Below are positions 29,087 through 37,733 of a DNA stretch of 64,000 nt, piece by piece (the first letter of the stretch is position 1; the number at the start of each line of letters is the position of its first letter). The notes under the pieces are model-generated. The model searched no databases. It worked only from the letters and a program-made list of their open reading frames with translations, and was not told the DNA's origin. The stretch covers positions 2,048,001 through 2,112,000 of the forward strand of contig CAXXOA010000002.1 in NCBI GenBank assembly GCA_963666275.2. Reading direction: 5' to 3'. The position numbers were made by a program, and so were the translations under genes. The DNA is from Oceanispirochaeta sp. (GTDB taxonomy: Bacteria; Spirochaetota; Spirochaetia; DSM-2461).

Positions 29087-29956
29087 ATGAAAAATATGGC
29101 AAGCTGGATTAGAGCCACATCTGATATAATGGTAAGGGTCCTTCTGGGACAGGAGGATAATCTCCCTCTTTTAAAGGACTTCATTAATTCTGTTCTGACT
29201 GATAGAGGTTTACCACCCGTCTCATATCTTGAACTCAAAAATCCGGTAAATCTGAGAACCATCTTCAATGAAAAAGAAACGGTATTGGATGTAAAAGCTA
29301 AAGACCAATCCGGTAAAATTTATGATATTGAGATACAGAGTATAGGAAACCGTGAGTTTATTCAGCGCAGTTTATACTACTGGGCAAAACTCTATTCCTC
29401 ACAACTGAAAGAGGGACATCAGTATAAAAAACTGAATCCTGTGATTTGCATTAATCTGCTGGATTTTGTGCTTTTTCCGGAAAAACCGGATCCTGCCTTT
29501 CATAGTTGTCATATGATTAGCGATATGGATGATTCGGAAACTATTTTGACTGACCATTTACAGATTCACTATATTGAGTTACCAAAAATTCATCCGAATC
29601 CTTTGGAGGTTCCCTCTGATCGGCTCAGGAAATGGGCATGGTATTTTAGAGAAGAAGGTATTTGGGAGGAAGAGGATATGAAAATCATACTGAAAGAAGA
29701 TCCAATTTTTCAAAAAGCTCATGATACATTTAACAATTTTACGGCAAATGATGAATATATGGAGCTCTACGAGGCCCGGATGAAATATGAACGTGACAGA
29801 GCTCAAGCTCTCTCCGATAGCTGGGAAGATGGACTTGAAAAGGGCTGTGAGAAAAGGAATCGGGAAATTGCTGAAAAACTCAAAAGCAAAGACTATTCCC
29901 TGGATCAGATCGTTGATATCACAGGGTTAACTAAAGAAGAAATTGAATCTCTATAA
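29087..29956 (+). CDS. Rpn family recombination-promoting nuclease / PD-(D/E)XK putative transposase
   Basis: LDVKAK...YDIEIQ...RSLYYWAKLYS, VICINLLDF, YIELPK, C-terminal IA..L...I..ITGLT.EEI; visibly AT-richer than its flanks; GGGAGG RBS. Confidence 0.92.
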   Translation: MKNMASWIRATSDIMVRVLLGQEDNLPLLKDFINSVLTDRGLPPVSYLELKNPVNLRTIFNEKETVLDVKAKDQSGKIYDIEIQSIGNREFIQRSLYYWAKLYSSQLKEGHQYKKLNPVICINLLDFVLFPEKPDPAFHSCHMISDMDDSETILTDHLQIHYIELPKIHPNPLEVPSDRLRKWAWYFREEGIWEEEDMKIILKEDPIFQKAHDTFNNFTANDEYMELYEARMKYERDRAQALSDSWEDGLEKGCEKRNREIAEKLKSKDYSLDQIVDITGLTKEEIESL

Positions 29957-29980
29957 GGAATAACTGGTTGAATTTCAATC

Positions 29981-30081
29981 ATTCAAAGAAGAGTACAAGG
30001 CCTACAGCTTCAACGAGCTGGACGACTCCCGGGACGGCTATCTCTCGATCGTGATGATCCGGACCCGGCGTTCCTGGCTGT
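29981..30081 (+). repeat. 101-bp direct repeat copy 2 (orphan cbiL 3' end, ending in TGA)
   Basis: Single mismatch (28946 C vs 30047 G) is synonymous (TCC/TCG Ser). Confidence 0.97.
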
Positions 30082-30084
30082 GAG

Positions 30085-30158
30085 TAAAATATTCACGGAC
30101 GTGAAAATTTTGCCTGAAACCAGGAATGTCAACTTAAAATATTCATGTACATGAAAAT
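30085..30158. repeat. Two 24-bp palindromic boxes 50 bp apart (possible protein-binding sites)
   Basis: TAAAATATTCACGGACGTGAAAAT (30085-30108) and TAAAATATTCATGTACATGAAAAT (30135-30158), 21/24 identical. Confidence 0.6.
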
Positions 30159-30195
30159 ATAAAAAAGGCAGGATCAGTTCCTGCCTTTTTTATAT
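30157..30195. terminator. Bidirectional Rho-independent terminator
   Basis: ATATAAAAAAGGCAGGA-tcagt-TCCTGCCTTTTTTATAT perfect inverted repeat between convergent units. Confidence 0.9.
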
Positions 30196-30200
30196 CAGAT

Positions 30201-30947
30201 CTAAACCTCATACCCCCGGGGGGTTACCATTCTGTCTCCCATCCTTCGGGTGGCGCTGTTGCCTATGATCACGGTGGATCCCATATGGATCCTGTCGTAA
30301 AGGCCTTCAAGCTCATCCAGAGTGGTGATCATCACTTCGCAGGTCTCCCTGTAGGCTTCGTTCACAACCCCCACAGGGGTAGAACCTTTGCGGTGTTTCA
30401 GGTAGATCTGCCGGGCCTGTTCGATGTGATCCACCCGTTTTTTACTTTTGGGGTTGTACAGCACCGTCACAAAATCCCCTTCCGCGGCCAGTTCCAGACG
30501 ACGGAGGATCGTCTCTTTCGGGGTGAGCAGATCGCTCAGGGAGATCACGGCGAAATCGTGCATCAGAGGGGCTCCCAGCAGGGAGGCGCAGGAGTTGGCC
30601 GCGGTGATCCCCGGTACAACCTTCACCTCCACCTGGTCTTCCAGTTCCATGGCGTACTGCAGTTCCAGGGCCAGACCGGCCATACCGTAGACCCCGGCGT
30701 CTCCGCTGGAGATCAGGCAGACCCGCTTTCCCGTTGCCGCCAGGTTCAGGGATTCCCGGACCCGTTCGGTCTCCTTTGTCATGCCTGTTCCGAAGGTCTC
30801 TTTTCCCTGGATCAGGTCCTTTACAAGGCTCAGATAGCGGGTGTAACCCACAATGACCTGGGACTCTTCTATCTCTCTTCTGGCCGCCTGGCTCATCATT
30901 TCGGGTGAACCGGGACCGATCCCCAGTACAATTAATGTTCCTTTCAT
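30201..30947 (-). CDS. cbiH: Cobalt-precorrin-3 C17-methyltransferase
   Basis: GIGPG, SSGDAGVYGMA, GAPLMHDFAVISLSDLLTP, LYNPKSK, TPRGY. Confidence 0.95.
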   Translation of the reverse strand: MKGTLIVLGIGPGSPEMMSQAARREIEESQVIVGYTRYLSLVKDLIQGKETFGTGMTKETERVRESLNLAATGKRVCLISSGDAGVYGMAGLALELQYAMELEDQVEVKVVPGITAANSCASLLGAPLMHDFAVISLSDLLTPKETILRRLELAAEGDFVTVLYNPKSKKRVDHIEQARQIYLKHRKGSTPVGVVNEAYRETCEVMITTLDELEGLYDRIHMGSTVIIGNSATRRMGDRMVTPRGYEV

Positions 30948-31690
30948 AGTGAATCTTCCTCTGCCAGTGCGACTGTGACCGGGCCCGTTACGGTTTTGGG
31001 AGAGATCAGACGGGTGTTCCGTCCTCCCAGAAGGGCGCAGGGTTCGGCGACGGCTCTGGCTCCGATGTTTTTTTTCGCTGTTTCGCTTGTTTCATAGGGC
31101 CCGTCAAACTGGTTGATCCGGGTGACCGAAAAAAACCGGACCCCCAGGCCTCTATTGTAGAAGCACTCAAGAAGGCCCTGTTCGTCCTGTTTCAGGTCCA
31201 CGCTGGCTCCCAGACGGACCTGATCCCAGGTTAACCCCTTCCGGGTCAGAGCTTCTGTAACGGCTCTGTCTATCTCTCCGGCAGTGGTGCCTCTCCGGCA
31301 TCCCACTCCGGCAATGATCTTTCTGTTGGTATCGCTGGCGGTGGTCACCACAGGGCAGGCATTGAGAATGGTCCCCACCCTCAGGGCCAGGGCATTGGCT
31401 CCCCCTTCATGGCCCGAAAGGAGGCTGATCGCATACCGGGCGGCGTCGTCCACCACCACAACCGCCGGGTCCCTGTATTTGGACTCCACATAGGGGGCGA
31501 TCATCCTCACGACGATTCCCGTGGCCATCAGAAAAATCAGCCCCTCATACTCCCTGAAAAGGCGCTCCGTATTCTTTTTGAGCCATCCCTTTTCAAGCTC
31601 TATCAGGGGCGTGCAGTCCGGGAGATCCCGGGCGATCCTCTGTGCCAGAGGGGAGGCCGACGGGGTGACCGCAATGACAGCGGTTTTCAC
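30944..31690 (-). CDS. cbiG: Cobalt-precorrin-5A hydrolase (short form)
   Basis: MATGIVVR.IAP...KY.DPAVVV, LLSGHEGGAN, VTTASD, GVGCRRG, VAEPCA. Confidence 0.92.
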   Translation of the reverse strand: MKTAVIAVTPSASPLAQRIARDLPDCTPLIELEKGWLKKNTERLFREYEGLIFLMATGIVVRMIAPYVESKYRDPAVVVVDDAARYAISLLSGHEGGANALALRVGTILNACPVVTTASDTNRKIIAGVGCRRGTTAGEIDRAVTEALTRKGLTWDQVRLGASVDLKQDEQGLLECFYNRGLGVRFFSVTRINQFDGPYETSETAKKNIGARAVAEPCALLGGRNTRLISPKTVTGPVTVALAEEDSL

Positions 31691-32475
31691 GGTTTGCTGT
31701 ATCCCTTTTCCCGGGCTGTTCTGTATTCATGGGTAAATCCCGGGTCGTAGAGCTTGGACATTTCGTAGAAAAAAGGTTCCTCCTGGGCCCGGAAAACCTC
31801 TCCCACCATAATCAGAGCCTGTTTCCGGATCCCTGCGGCCAGAACCTTTTCCGCAATATCCGACAGGGTTCCCGTGACAATCTTCTGGTCGGGCCAGCTG
31901 GCCCGGTAGACCACCCGGCAGGGGGTTTCGGGGCTGTAACTGTCTGCCAGTTCCTCCGCCAGGGTTTTAATCTGGGAGATCGAGAGGAACAGGATCAGCG
32001 TGGATCCGATGGCGGCCAGATTTTTCACAGTCTCTTTTTCGGGAACAGGAGTCCTTCCGGCACTGCGGCTCAGAATCACAGTCTGGGTTACCCCCGGCAG
32101 GGTCAGTTCCTGACCCAGAGCTGCGGCGGAAGCCTGAAAGGAGCTGACTCCGGGGATCACCTCCAGGGCAATTCCCGTTTTCCGGCAGAAATCGATCTGT
32201 TCCTGAATGGCGCCGTACACGGAAGGGTCCCCTGTATGGACCCGGGCTATGATTCCTTCGGCAGAGGCATTCTCCCGGTAGACCTCTGTGACCTGTCTGA
32301 AATCCATCCCCGCCGAATCGTAGATCCTGGCATCGGAGCGGCAGTATTCCAGAAGGGCCGGATTCACAAGGGAACCCGCCCATATAACGATATCTGCTTT
32401 CTGCAGGATTTTATGGCCTTTCAGGGTGATCAGCTCCGGGTCTCCCGGACCGGCCCCGATAAAATATATTTTCAT
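31687..32475 (-). CDS. cbiF: Cobalt-precorrin-4 C11-methyltransferase
   Basis: GAGPGDPELIT, AGSLVN, HTGDPSVYGAI.EQ, SKLYDP.FTH. Confidence 0.95.
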   Translation of the reverse strand: MKIYFIGAGPGDPELITLKGHKILQKADIVIWAGSLVNPALLEYCRSDARIYDSAGMDFRQVTEVYRENASAEGIIARVHTGDPSVYGAIQEQIDFCRKTGIALEVIPGVSSFQASAAALGQELTLPGVTQTVILSRSAGRTPVPEKETVKNLAAIGSTLILFLSISQIKTLAEELADSYSPETPCRVVYRASWPDQKIVTGTLSDIAEKVLAAGIRKQALIMVGEVFRAQEEPFFYEMSKLYDPGFTHEYRTAREKGYSKP

Positions 32476-33207
32476 CTAATGTTTCTCCATTCTTGTGGTA
32501 ATCAGGGCAGTAGAAAGGTATCCTTCAGTCTCAACAGGCAGATCTTTCAGGCTGGGGTAGAGCTCTTCATCTTCCAGTCCCGCTCTTTTAACCAGAGCCG
32601 TCTGATCCGAGAGGCCCAGGGATTCTATTTTACGGCGGAACTCATCCAGCCTGTTGGAAACCTTATAGATCACCACAGTATCAAAGAGTTTAACAAGAGC
32701 ATCCAGATCGTCCAGATCCTCAGGCAGGGGAATCAGAGCCAGCTTCTCCCTGCCCAAGAGCAGGGGACGGTTCAGGGCCGCTCCGGCGGCATTCATGGTG
32801 GAAATGCCGGGAACCGTTTCTGTTCTGAGGGAAGCACCGGTTTCTGCGAGGGCTTTCTGCAGATAGCTCCAGGTGCTGTAGATCCCAGGATCACCCAGGG
32901 TCAGAAAAACTCCCCGGGAGGAGTCAGCCATTTCGCTGATCACTGTCCGGGCCGCGGCCTCCCACTTCTCCTGAAGGGTCTGTCTGTTTTTCGTCATGGG
33001 AAATTCCATTTCCACCACTTTCGCAGGCCTTACGCCGGTTCCCTCCATGATGCTCCGGGCCAGGGAATCCCCCTTCACACGGGCTTTGGGAGTGAAAACC
33101 ACATCCGCTTCTTCTATCAGTTTCAATCCTTTGAGAGTCATCAGTCCGGGATCTCCCGGTCCTATGCCTATCCCCGTCAGCAGGGGGTTCTCTTGCTGGT
33201 TACTCAC
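32476..33207 (-). CDS. cbiL: Cobalt-factor II C20-methyltransferase
   Basis: GIGPGDP, FPM, FLTLGDPGIYST, YK, YLS; likely GTG start at 33207 overlapping the cbiD stop. Confidence 0.9.
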   Translation of the reverse strand: MSNQQENPLLTGIGIGPGDPGLMTLKGLKLIEEADVVFTPKARVKGDSLARSIMEGTGVRPAKVVEMEFPMTKNRQTLQEKWEAAARTVISEMADSSRGVFLTLGDPGIYSTWSYLQKALAETGASLRTETVPGISTMNAAGAALNRPLLLGREKLALIPLPEDLDDLDALVKLFDTVVIYKVSNRLDEFRRKIESLGLSDQTALVKRAGLEDEELYPSLKDLPVETEGYLSTALITTRMEKH

Positions 33208-34396
33208 AATTATCCTTATCCTTTTTTTTAAAATGCAGGCAGAGTTGCTCGCTGCCCTCATAGTCACCTGACCATCCCAGAAGCTTACCTTTCAGATCCA
33301 GAGCGGCTGTTTCAATCAGGTCGACAGAGGCACCGCACTCTTTTTCAAGATAGGAGCGGCATCGCTGTTTCGCCCTTTCACAAACCAGAGTAAAGGTCCT
33401 GTCCAGTTTCCACTGTTTCAGCAGAGCCGCTCCTTTTTCCGCCAGAGGTTCGGCCAGGAGTGTTTCTATTTCCACAGGAGTGGCTCCCGCCGCCCCGGCG
33501 CAGGCTGCCAGAGTCTCCATCCGGGCGTCTCCGTAGTCGCAATGGGTCTGAAACAGTCCCGCCGCTACTTTGGTGATCTTTCCTATATGAAGGGGCAGGA
33601 AGATTTTCCGGATTCCCCGTTTCTGCGCCTGCTTCAGGGCAAAGCCTATGAGATCACCCACGGCTACCCAGTCTTCCTCATCAAATCCTTCGGCTGTGAG
33701 AAAGCGTTCTCCCACATAGCCGCTGGCAATGGTAAGGCGATCAGCTCTGCGCGCTGCAGAACGGATTACCATCCCCAGGGTGGCCTGGAAGGCTTTTTCC
33801 GACCGGGGTTCCACGACGCCGCTGGTTCCGATCAGGGATATTCCCCCCCGGACTCCCACCCGGCTGTTCCAGGTTCCGGCGGCAATCTTTTCTCCCTCCG
33901 GGGCGGAGAAGGTTATGGTCACGGCCCTGCCTGAAAGGCCGTGGGCCGAAAGGATCCGATCCGTCTCCTGCAGGATCATCTTCCGGGGGACCGGATTGAT
34001 CGCCGGATTTCCCGGTTTCACAGGCAGTCCTTCTCCTGTCACCCTGCCGATGCCCTCTCCCCCGATGAGGGTTATTTCAGAGCCTTCCGCCCAGGCGGCT
34101 GCGGCGCGGATCTCCATGCCGTTTGTATCATCCCTGTCATCTCCCGAATCCTTGAGAACCGAAGCGCCGGCGCTCCCGTCTCTCTGGATTCCGCTGCTGT
34201 GGAGGGGGATTGTTATCTCTTTTTCACTGAAGGGCTTATTGCTTTTTGGCAGGGTTATTTCAACATCAGATTTTACCTCTCCTGTGATCAGGAGTTCCAG
34301 AGCTGCCGCTGCGGCGGCCTGGGCGGTTGTTCCTGTGGTGTATCCCCGTCGGAGAGTTCCGGCTGTTCCCAGGACCTCTCTGTAATCCGCTGCCAT
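33200..34396 (-). CDS. cbiD: Cobalt-precorrin-5B C1-methyltransferase
   Basis: LRRGYTTGT.A.AA, KDSGDD.D.T, GGEGIGRVT, AINPVPR, GGISLIGTSGVVEP. Confidence 0.95.
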   Translation of the reverse strand: MAADYREVLGTAGTLRRGYTTGTTAQAAAAAALELLITGEVKSDVEITLPKSNKPFSEKEITIPLHSSGIQRDGSAGASVLKDSGDDRDDTNGMEIRAAAAWAEGSEITLIGGEGIGRVTGEGLPVKPGNPAINPVPRKMILQETDRILSAHGLSGRAVTITFSAPEGEKIAAGTWNSRVGVRGGISLIGTSGVVEPRSEKAFQATLGMVIRSAARRADRLTIASGYVGERFLTAEGFDEEDWVAVGDLIGFALKQAQKRGIRKIFLPLHIGKITKVAAGLFQTHCDYGDARMETLAACAGAAGATPVEIETLLAEPLAEKGAALLKQWKLDRTFTLVCERAKQRCRSYLEKECGASVDLIETAALDLKGKLLGWSGDYEGSEQLCLHFKKKDKDNCE

Positions 34397-34402
34397 AGAC
34401 CT

Positions 34403-35068
34403 CTAGTTTTCCTCTTCCTTCACAGCCAGTGCCAGAAGGCCGTTCACTATGGCGGCCGCGATGGTGCTGCCCCCTCTTTCACTGAGGTTTGTAATATGGG
34501 GATAGGGCTTTTCCGCCAGCTCCACTTTGGATTCCAGGGCCCCCACAAAACCGACGGGTACCCCCACAATAAGGGCCGGTTTCACCTCGCCCGCATCGAC
34601 CATTTTCATTAGCTGAAACAGGGCGGTCGGAGCATTTCCAATGGCAATGACCGCGCCGTTCAGGAGGCTTCCCGCTTTTTCCATAGCCAGAGCGGAGCGG
34701 GTTGTGTTTTTTCCTTTTACAGCTTCCACAACCTCAGGATCATTCAGAAAACAGTAGTCCTTTCCTCCCAGATCCTTCAGAAGATTTTTCCGGACACCCG
34801 TGCGGACCATCTCCACATCTGTTATGACGGGAGCGCCTTTTTTCAGTGCCTCCACGCCCTGAACCACCGCTTCCTCTGTCAGGTTGAAGGTTTTGGCAAA
34901 CTCCACATCTCCTGTGGTATGGGCTATCCTTATCACTATTTCCATGACTTCCGGCGGAGCGGTGTAGTCTCCCAGCCTGTCCTGAATAATGGCAAAACTT
35001 TTATTGGTAATCTGCTGCCCGCTCATGGGGGTGTTCTGGTTCGTACTCATTATCTCTTTCCTTATCAA
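34403..35068 (-). CDS. cbiC: Cobalt-precorrin-8 methylmutase
   Basis: SF.II, R..HTTGD, TRS, IGNAPTAL, PVGFVGA.ESK, RGGS. Confidence 0.95.
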   Translation of the reverse strand: MIRKEIMSTNQNTPMSGQQITNKSFAIIQDRLGDYTAPPEVMEIVIRIAHTTGDVEFAKTFNLTEEAVVQGVEALKKGAPVITDVEMVRTGVRKNLLKDLGGKDYCFLNDPEVVEAVKGKNTTRSALAMEKAGSLLNGAVIAIGNAPTALFQLMKMVDAGEVKPALIVGVPVGFVGALESKVELAEKPYPHITNLSERGGSTIAAAIVNGLLALAVKEEEN

Positions 35069-36465
35069 GTATTTGTGTAGTCCCTGCAGGCCTGAATAAA
35101 CCGGTCGGCAATTTCAGGATGGGATGCCAGATGCATATGCATATAGGAGGCCCAGGTATTCTCGGTATAGAACCCGTCCTGCATTCCCTTTACCGCGGCA
35201 TCTCCCTCTTTTTCCAGATCCATCACATAGGGCAGGGCAGGGCTTTTTTTTTCGATCGAAGACCAGTGAAAGATATGGCCTGTTATCTCTTCTCCCGCCG
35301 GGCCCATCCAGCTTTTCCGCTTTGTGGTTCCCTTGTAGTATCCCAGGGCGCGGAGCCCCTTTTTCATAACTGTTGAAGCCGGGAAGACCCCTGTCATTTT
35401 AAAAGGCTTTCCGTCAAAGCCTGTAATGCTTTCGGTCAGATACATAAGACCGCCGCACTCCCCCCACAGAGGCATACCCTGCAACGAGGCCTCTCTGACC
35501 GCCCGGCGCATGGAACTGTTCTGTTCCAGCTCCTCTCCATGGAGTTCCGGGTAACCGCCCCCCAGGTAGATCCCCTGAGTTCCCTCGGGGAGTTCCCTGT
35601 CTTTCAGGGGGCTGAACGGAACCAGTTCGGCACCCCGGCTGGACAGAAAATCCAGATTATCCTGATAGTAGAAATGAAAAGCCCTGTCCCAGGCATAGGC
35701 GATGCGGACTGTTTTTTCCGGTTTTTCCTCCCCTGTGAAGAGAGAGGGTGTATACGCCGGCAGGGGAGGAGCCGACAAGGCTGTCTCCCGGAGCTTATCA
35801 ATATCCACTGAATCCCGGATGATGGGAGCTGTCCTGTCAAAAAAGTCCAGGATCTCATCTTTTTCCCAGGCCGGTATCAGTCCCAGATGCCGTTCGGGCA
35901 TAACCAGGGATTCATTCTTTGGTATGGCTCCCAGGACAGGCAGGCCTGTGGCGTTTTCGACAGCCTGACGCACCATCCTCTCATGACGGGGGCTGGCAAC
36001 GCGGTTCAGAATAAATCCTTTCAGGGAAAGATTTTTATCGAACTCCCTGTACCCCAGGGCTATGGCTCCGGCCGAGCGGGCCATGGCCTTCACATCCAGC
36101 AGGAGAACCGCGGGGGAGTCGAGGATTTTAGCAAGATGGGCCGTACTGCCCCTCTCATCCAGACCGTCCGAACCGTCATAGAGACCCATCACACCCTCTA
36201 TTAAGGAAAGATCCGCCTGGCTAGAGTGCCTGTCGAAGAGCTCCCGGACCTTCTGGCTGCTGATCAGCCTGGTATCCAGGTTTCTGCTGATCCTTCCGCA
36301 GGCCAGTGAGTGATAGGAGGGGTCTATGTAGTCGGGGCCGCATTTGAAGGGCTGGACCCGCTCGCCCCGGTCAGTCAGAATCCTGCCCAGCAGGGTGGTG
36401 AACAGGGTTTTTCCCGTTCCCGAAGTAGCGGCACCTATGGTTAATCTGGGTCTGTTTTCTGACAT
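35065..36465 (-). CDS. cbiA: Cobyrinate a,c-diamide synthase
   Basis: SGTGKT, FKCGPDYID, EGVMGLYDG, ERHLGL, GGGYPE, ECGG.MYL; likely ATG at 36465. Confidence 0.96.
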   Translation of the reverse strand: MSENRPRLTIGAATSGTGKTLFTTLLGRILTDRGERVQPFKCGPDYIDPSYHSLACGRISRNLDTRLISSQKVRELFDRHSSQADLSLIEGVMGLYDGSDGLDERGSTAHLAKILDSPAVLLLDVKAMARSAGAIALGYREFDKNLSLKGFILNRVASPRHERMVRQAVENATGLPVLGAIPKNESLVMPERHLGLIPAWEKDEILDFFDRTAPIIRDSVDIDKLRETALSAPPLPAYTPSLFTGEEKPEKTVRIAYAWDRAFHFYYQDNLDFLSSRGAELVPFSPLKDRELPEGTQGIYLGGGYPELHGEELEQNSSMRRAVREASLQGMPLWGECGGLMYLTESITGFDGKPFKMTGVFPASTVMKKGLRALGYYKGTTKRKSWMGPAGEEITGHIFHWSSIEKKSPALPYVMDLEKEGDAAVKGMQDGFYTENTWASYMHMHLASHPEIADRFIQACRDYTNT

Positions 36466-36631
36466 GAAAGATGGATCTCCTAGGGCTTTTACTAAACGAT
36501 GGAATAGATTTTTTGTCAATTTAAGTTCTCTTTTTCAGTGGAGAAATCCAAAAAATCCATAAAATACTCCAAAAATATTCAAATTATTCCTATAGACAGG
36601 TTCACACTATCAGGGCTAATCTTATGAATAT

Positions 36632-36770
36632 ATTCAGTCTGTTGTGAGCTTTGGGCAGAACCCTGCCACGAGCCTTAAAAGGGGAATCCGGTGAAAATCC
36701 GGAACGATCCCGTCACTGTGAGCCGTAAGAGTGTCCTTCCGGTAAGTCAGAGAACCTGCTGCAGACCGCA
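36632..36770 (+). ncRNA. Cobalamin riboswitch (short variant)
   Basis: AAAAGGGGAA-TCCGGTGAAAATCCGGA-ACGATCCCGTCACTGTGA...AAGTCAGAGAACCTGC B12-box pattern, upstream of cbiK/ABC genes. Confidence 0.9.
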
Positions 36771-36862
36771 TAATAACGATCTTCGAGGAAAGAGTGTTAT
36801 TAAATTTCGGATTTTAAACCCGGATTTTTACCGCGCTTCCCCGATTTACAGGGAGAAATCAC

Positions 36863-37732
36863 ATGAAAAAAATGAGAATCACAGGAGCCGCAGCTCTCCT
36901 GGCAGTCATTGCCGTCCTTTTCGGCGGATGCCGGAGTACCGCAGGAGACGCAGACCGGGATCGGCCCACCATTGTGGTAGCCGCTTTCGGCAGCAGCTAC
37001 GAGACAGGTCAGAAAAATCTGGAGGATTTTGATAAAGCCCTCCGGGCGGCCTATCCGGAGAATGAGATCACCTGGGGATTTACCGCCGGCTTTATTGTGA
37101 AAAAGCTCAGAAAGAACGGAGTGGAGACACTCTTTGAATCCCATGTTCCTGTCAGGCATATCAGCGAGACCCTGGCGGATCTGGCGGCAGAAGGCAGAAG
37201 AGATATAGTTGTTGTGAACTTCATGCTCATGGTGGGCGCCGAATACAGAGAAGTTATGGATCAGCCCACCAAAGGGCTCAATGTGAAGTATGTTCATCCG
37301 CTGCTCTACTATCCTGAAAATATCCAGAATGCCGTAAGCGCACTGGAAAGCGAGTTCGGAGGGCCCGGAGAAGCCACGATTGTATGCGCCCATGGAAATG
37401 AAAAGCATCCCGAATACAACGCTGAACTGATACAGATCGATAATTACCTGAGAGAGAATTACAGCAATGCCTATGTGGCTGTTATGGAGGGGACTCCCGC
37501 TTTTGAACCGGTCAGAGAGAGCATTGCCGCCTCAGATGTGGAGAGTGTGAAATACATTGCCTTTATGCTGACCTACGGCGACCATATGTCCAACGATGTG
37601 ATGGGGGAGGACGCGGATTCCATGAAGTCCAGAATCGGTCTGCCCGGAGAAAGCTCCGACGGCATGGCCAGCCTTCCGGGGATCCAGAACCTTTTTATAC
37701 AGAAAATTGATACGGCTCTGAAGCAGTTCTGA
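36863..37732 (+). CDS. cbiK: Exported (lipoprotein) CbiK-family chelatase/cobalt-binding protein
   Basis: Signal peptide ending LFGG-C; AFGSSY, WGFTA, CAHGN, MEG.P, YGDHM.ND. Confidence 0.85.
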   Translation: MKKMRITGAAALLAVIAVLFGGCRSTAGDADRDRPTIVVAAFGSSYETGQKNLEDFDKALRAAYPENEITWGFTAGFIVKKLRKNGVETLFESHVPVRHISETLADLAAEGRRDIVVVNFMLMVGAEYREVMDQPTKGLNVKYVHPLLYYPENIQNAVSALESEFGGPGEATIVCAHGNEKHPEYNAELIQIDNYLRENYSNAYVAVMEGTPAFEPVRESIAASDVESVKYIAFMLTYGDHMSNDVMGEDADSMKSRIGLPGESSDGMASLPGIQNLFIQKIDTALKQF

Positions 37733-37733
37733 T

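Larger units (their letters stand above)
28880..30081. mobile_element. Putative inserted Rpn cassette bounded by 101-bp direct repeats
   Basis: Single AT-rich nuclease gene between two copies of the host gene 3' end, spaced 1101 bp apart. Confidence 0.6.

Noticed and set aside
28880..30081. Repeat pair as DGR template/variable repeats or as CRISPR
   Set aside because: Only one mismatch, which is C/G rather than adenine-specific; no reverse transcriptase; only two copies and no spacer array.
31729..33231. 500-aa plus-strand ORF
   Set aside because: Antisense to cbiF and cbiL, which are in frame with each other and have clear motifs; no family signature.
36691..37032. 113-aa ORF starting in the cbiK leader
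   Set aside because: Overlaps the riboswitch and cbiK out of frame; no coding evidence.
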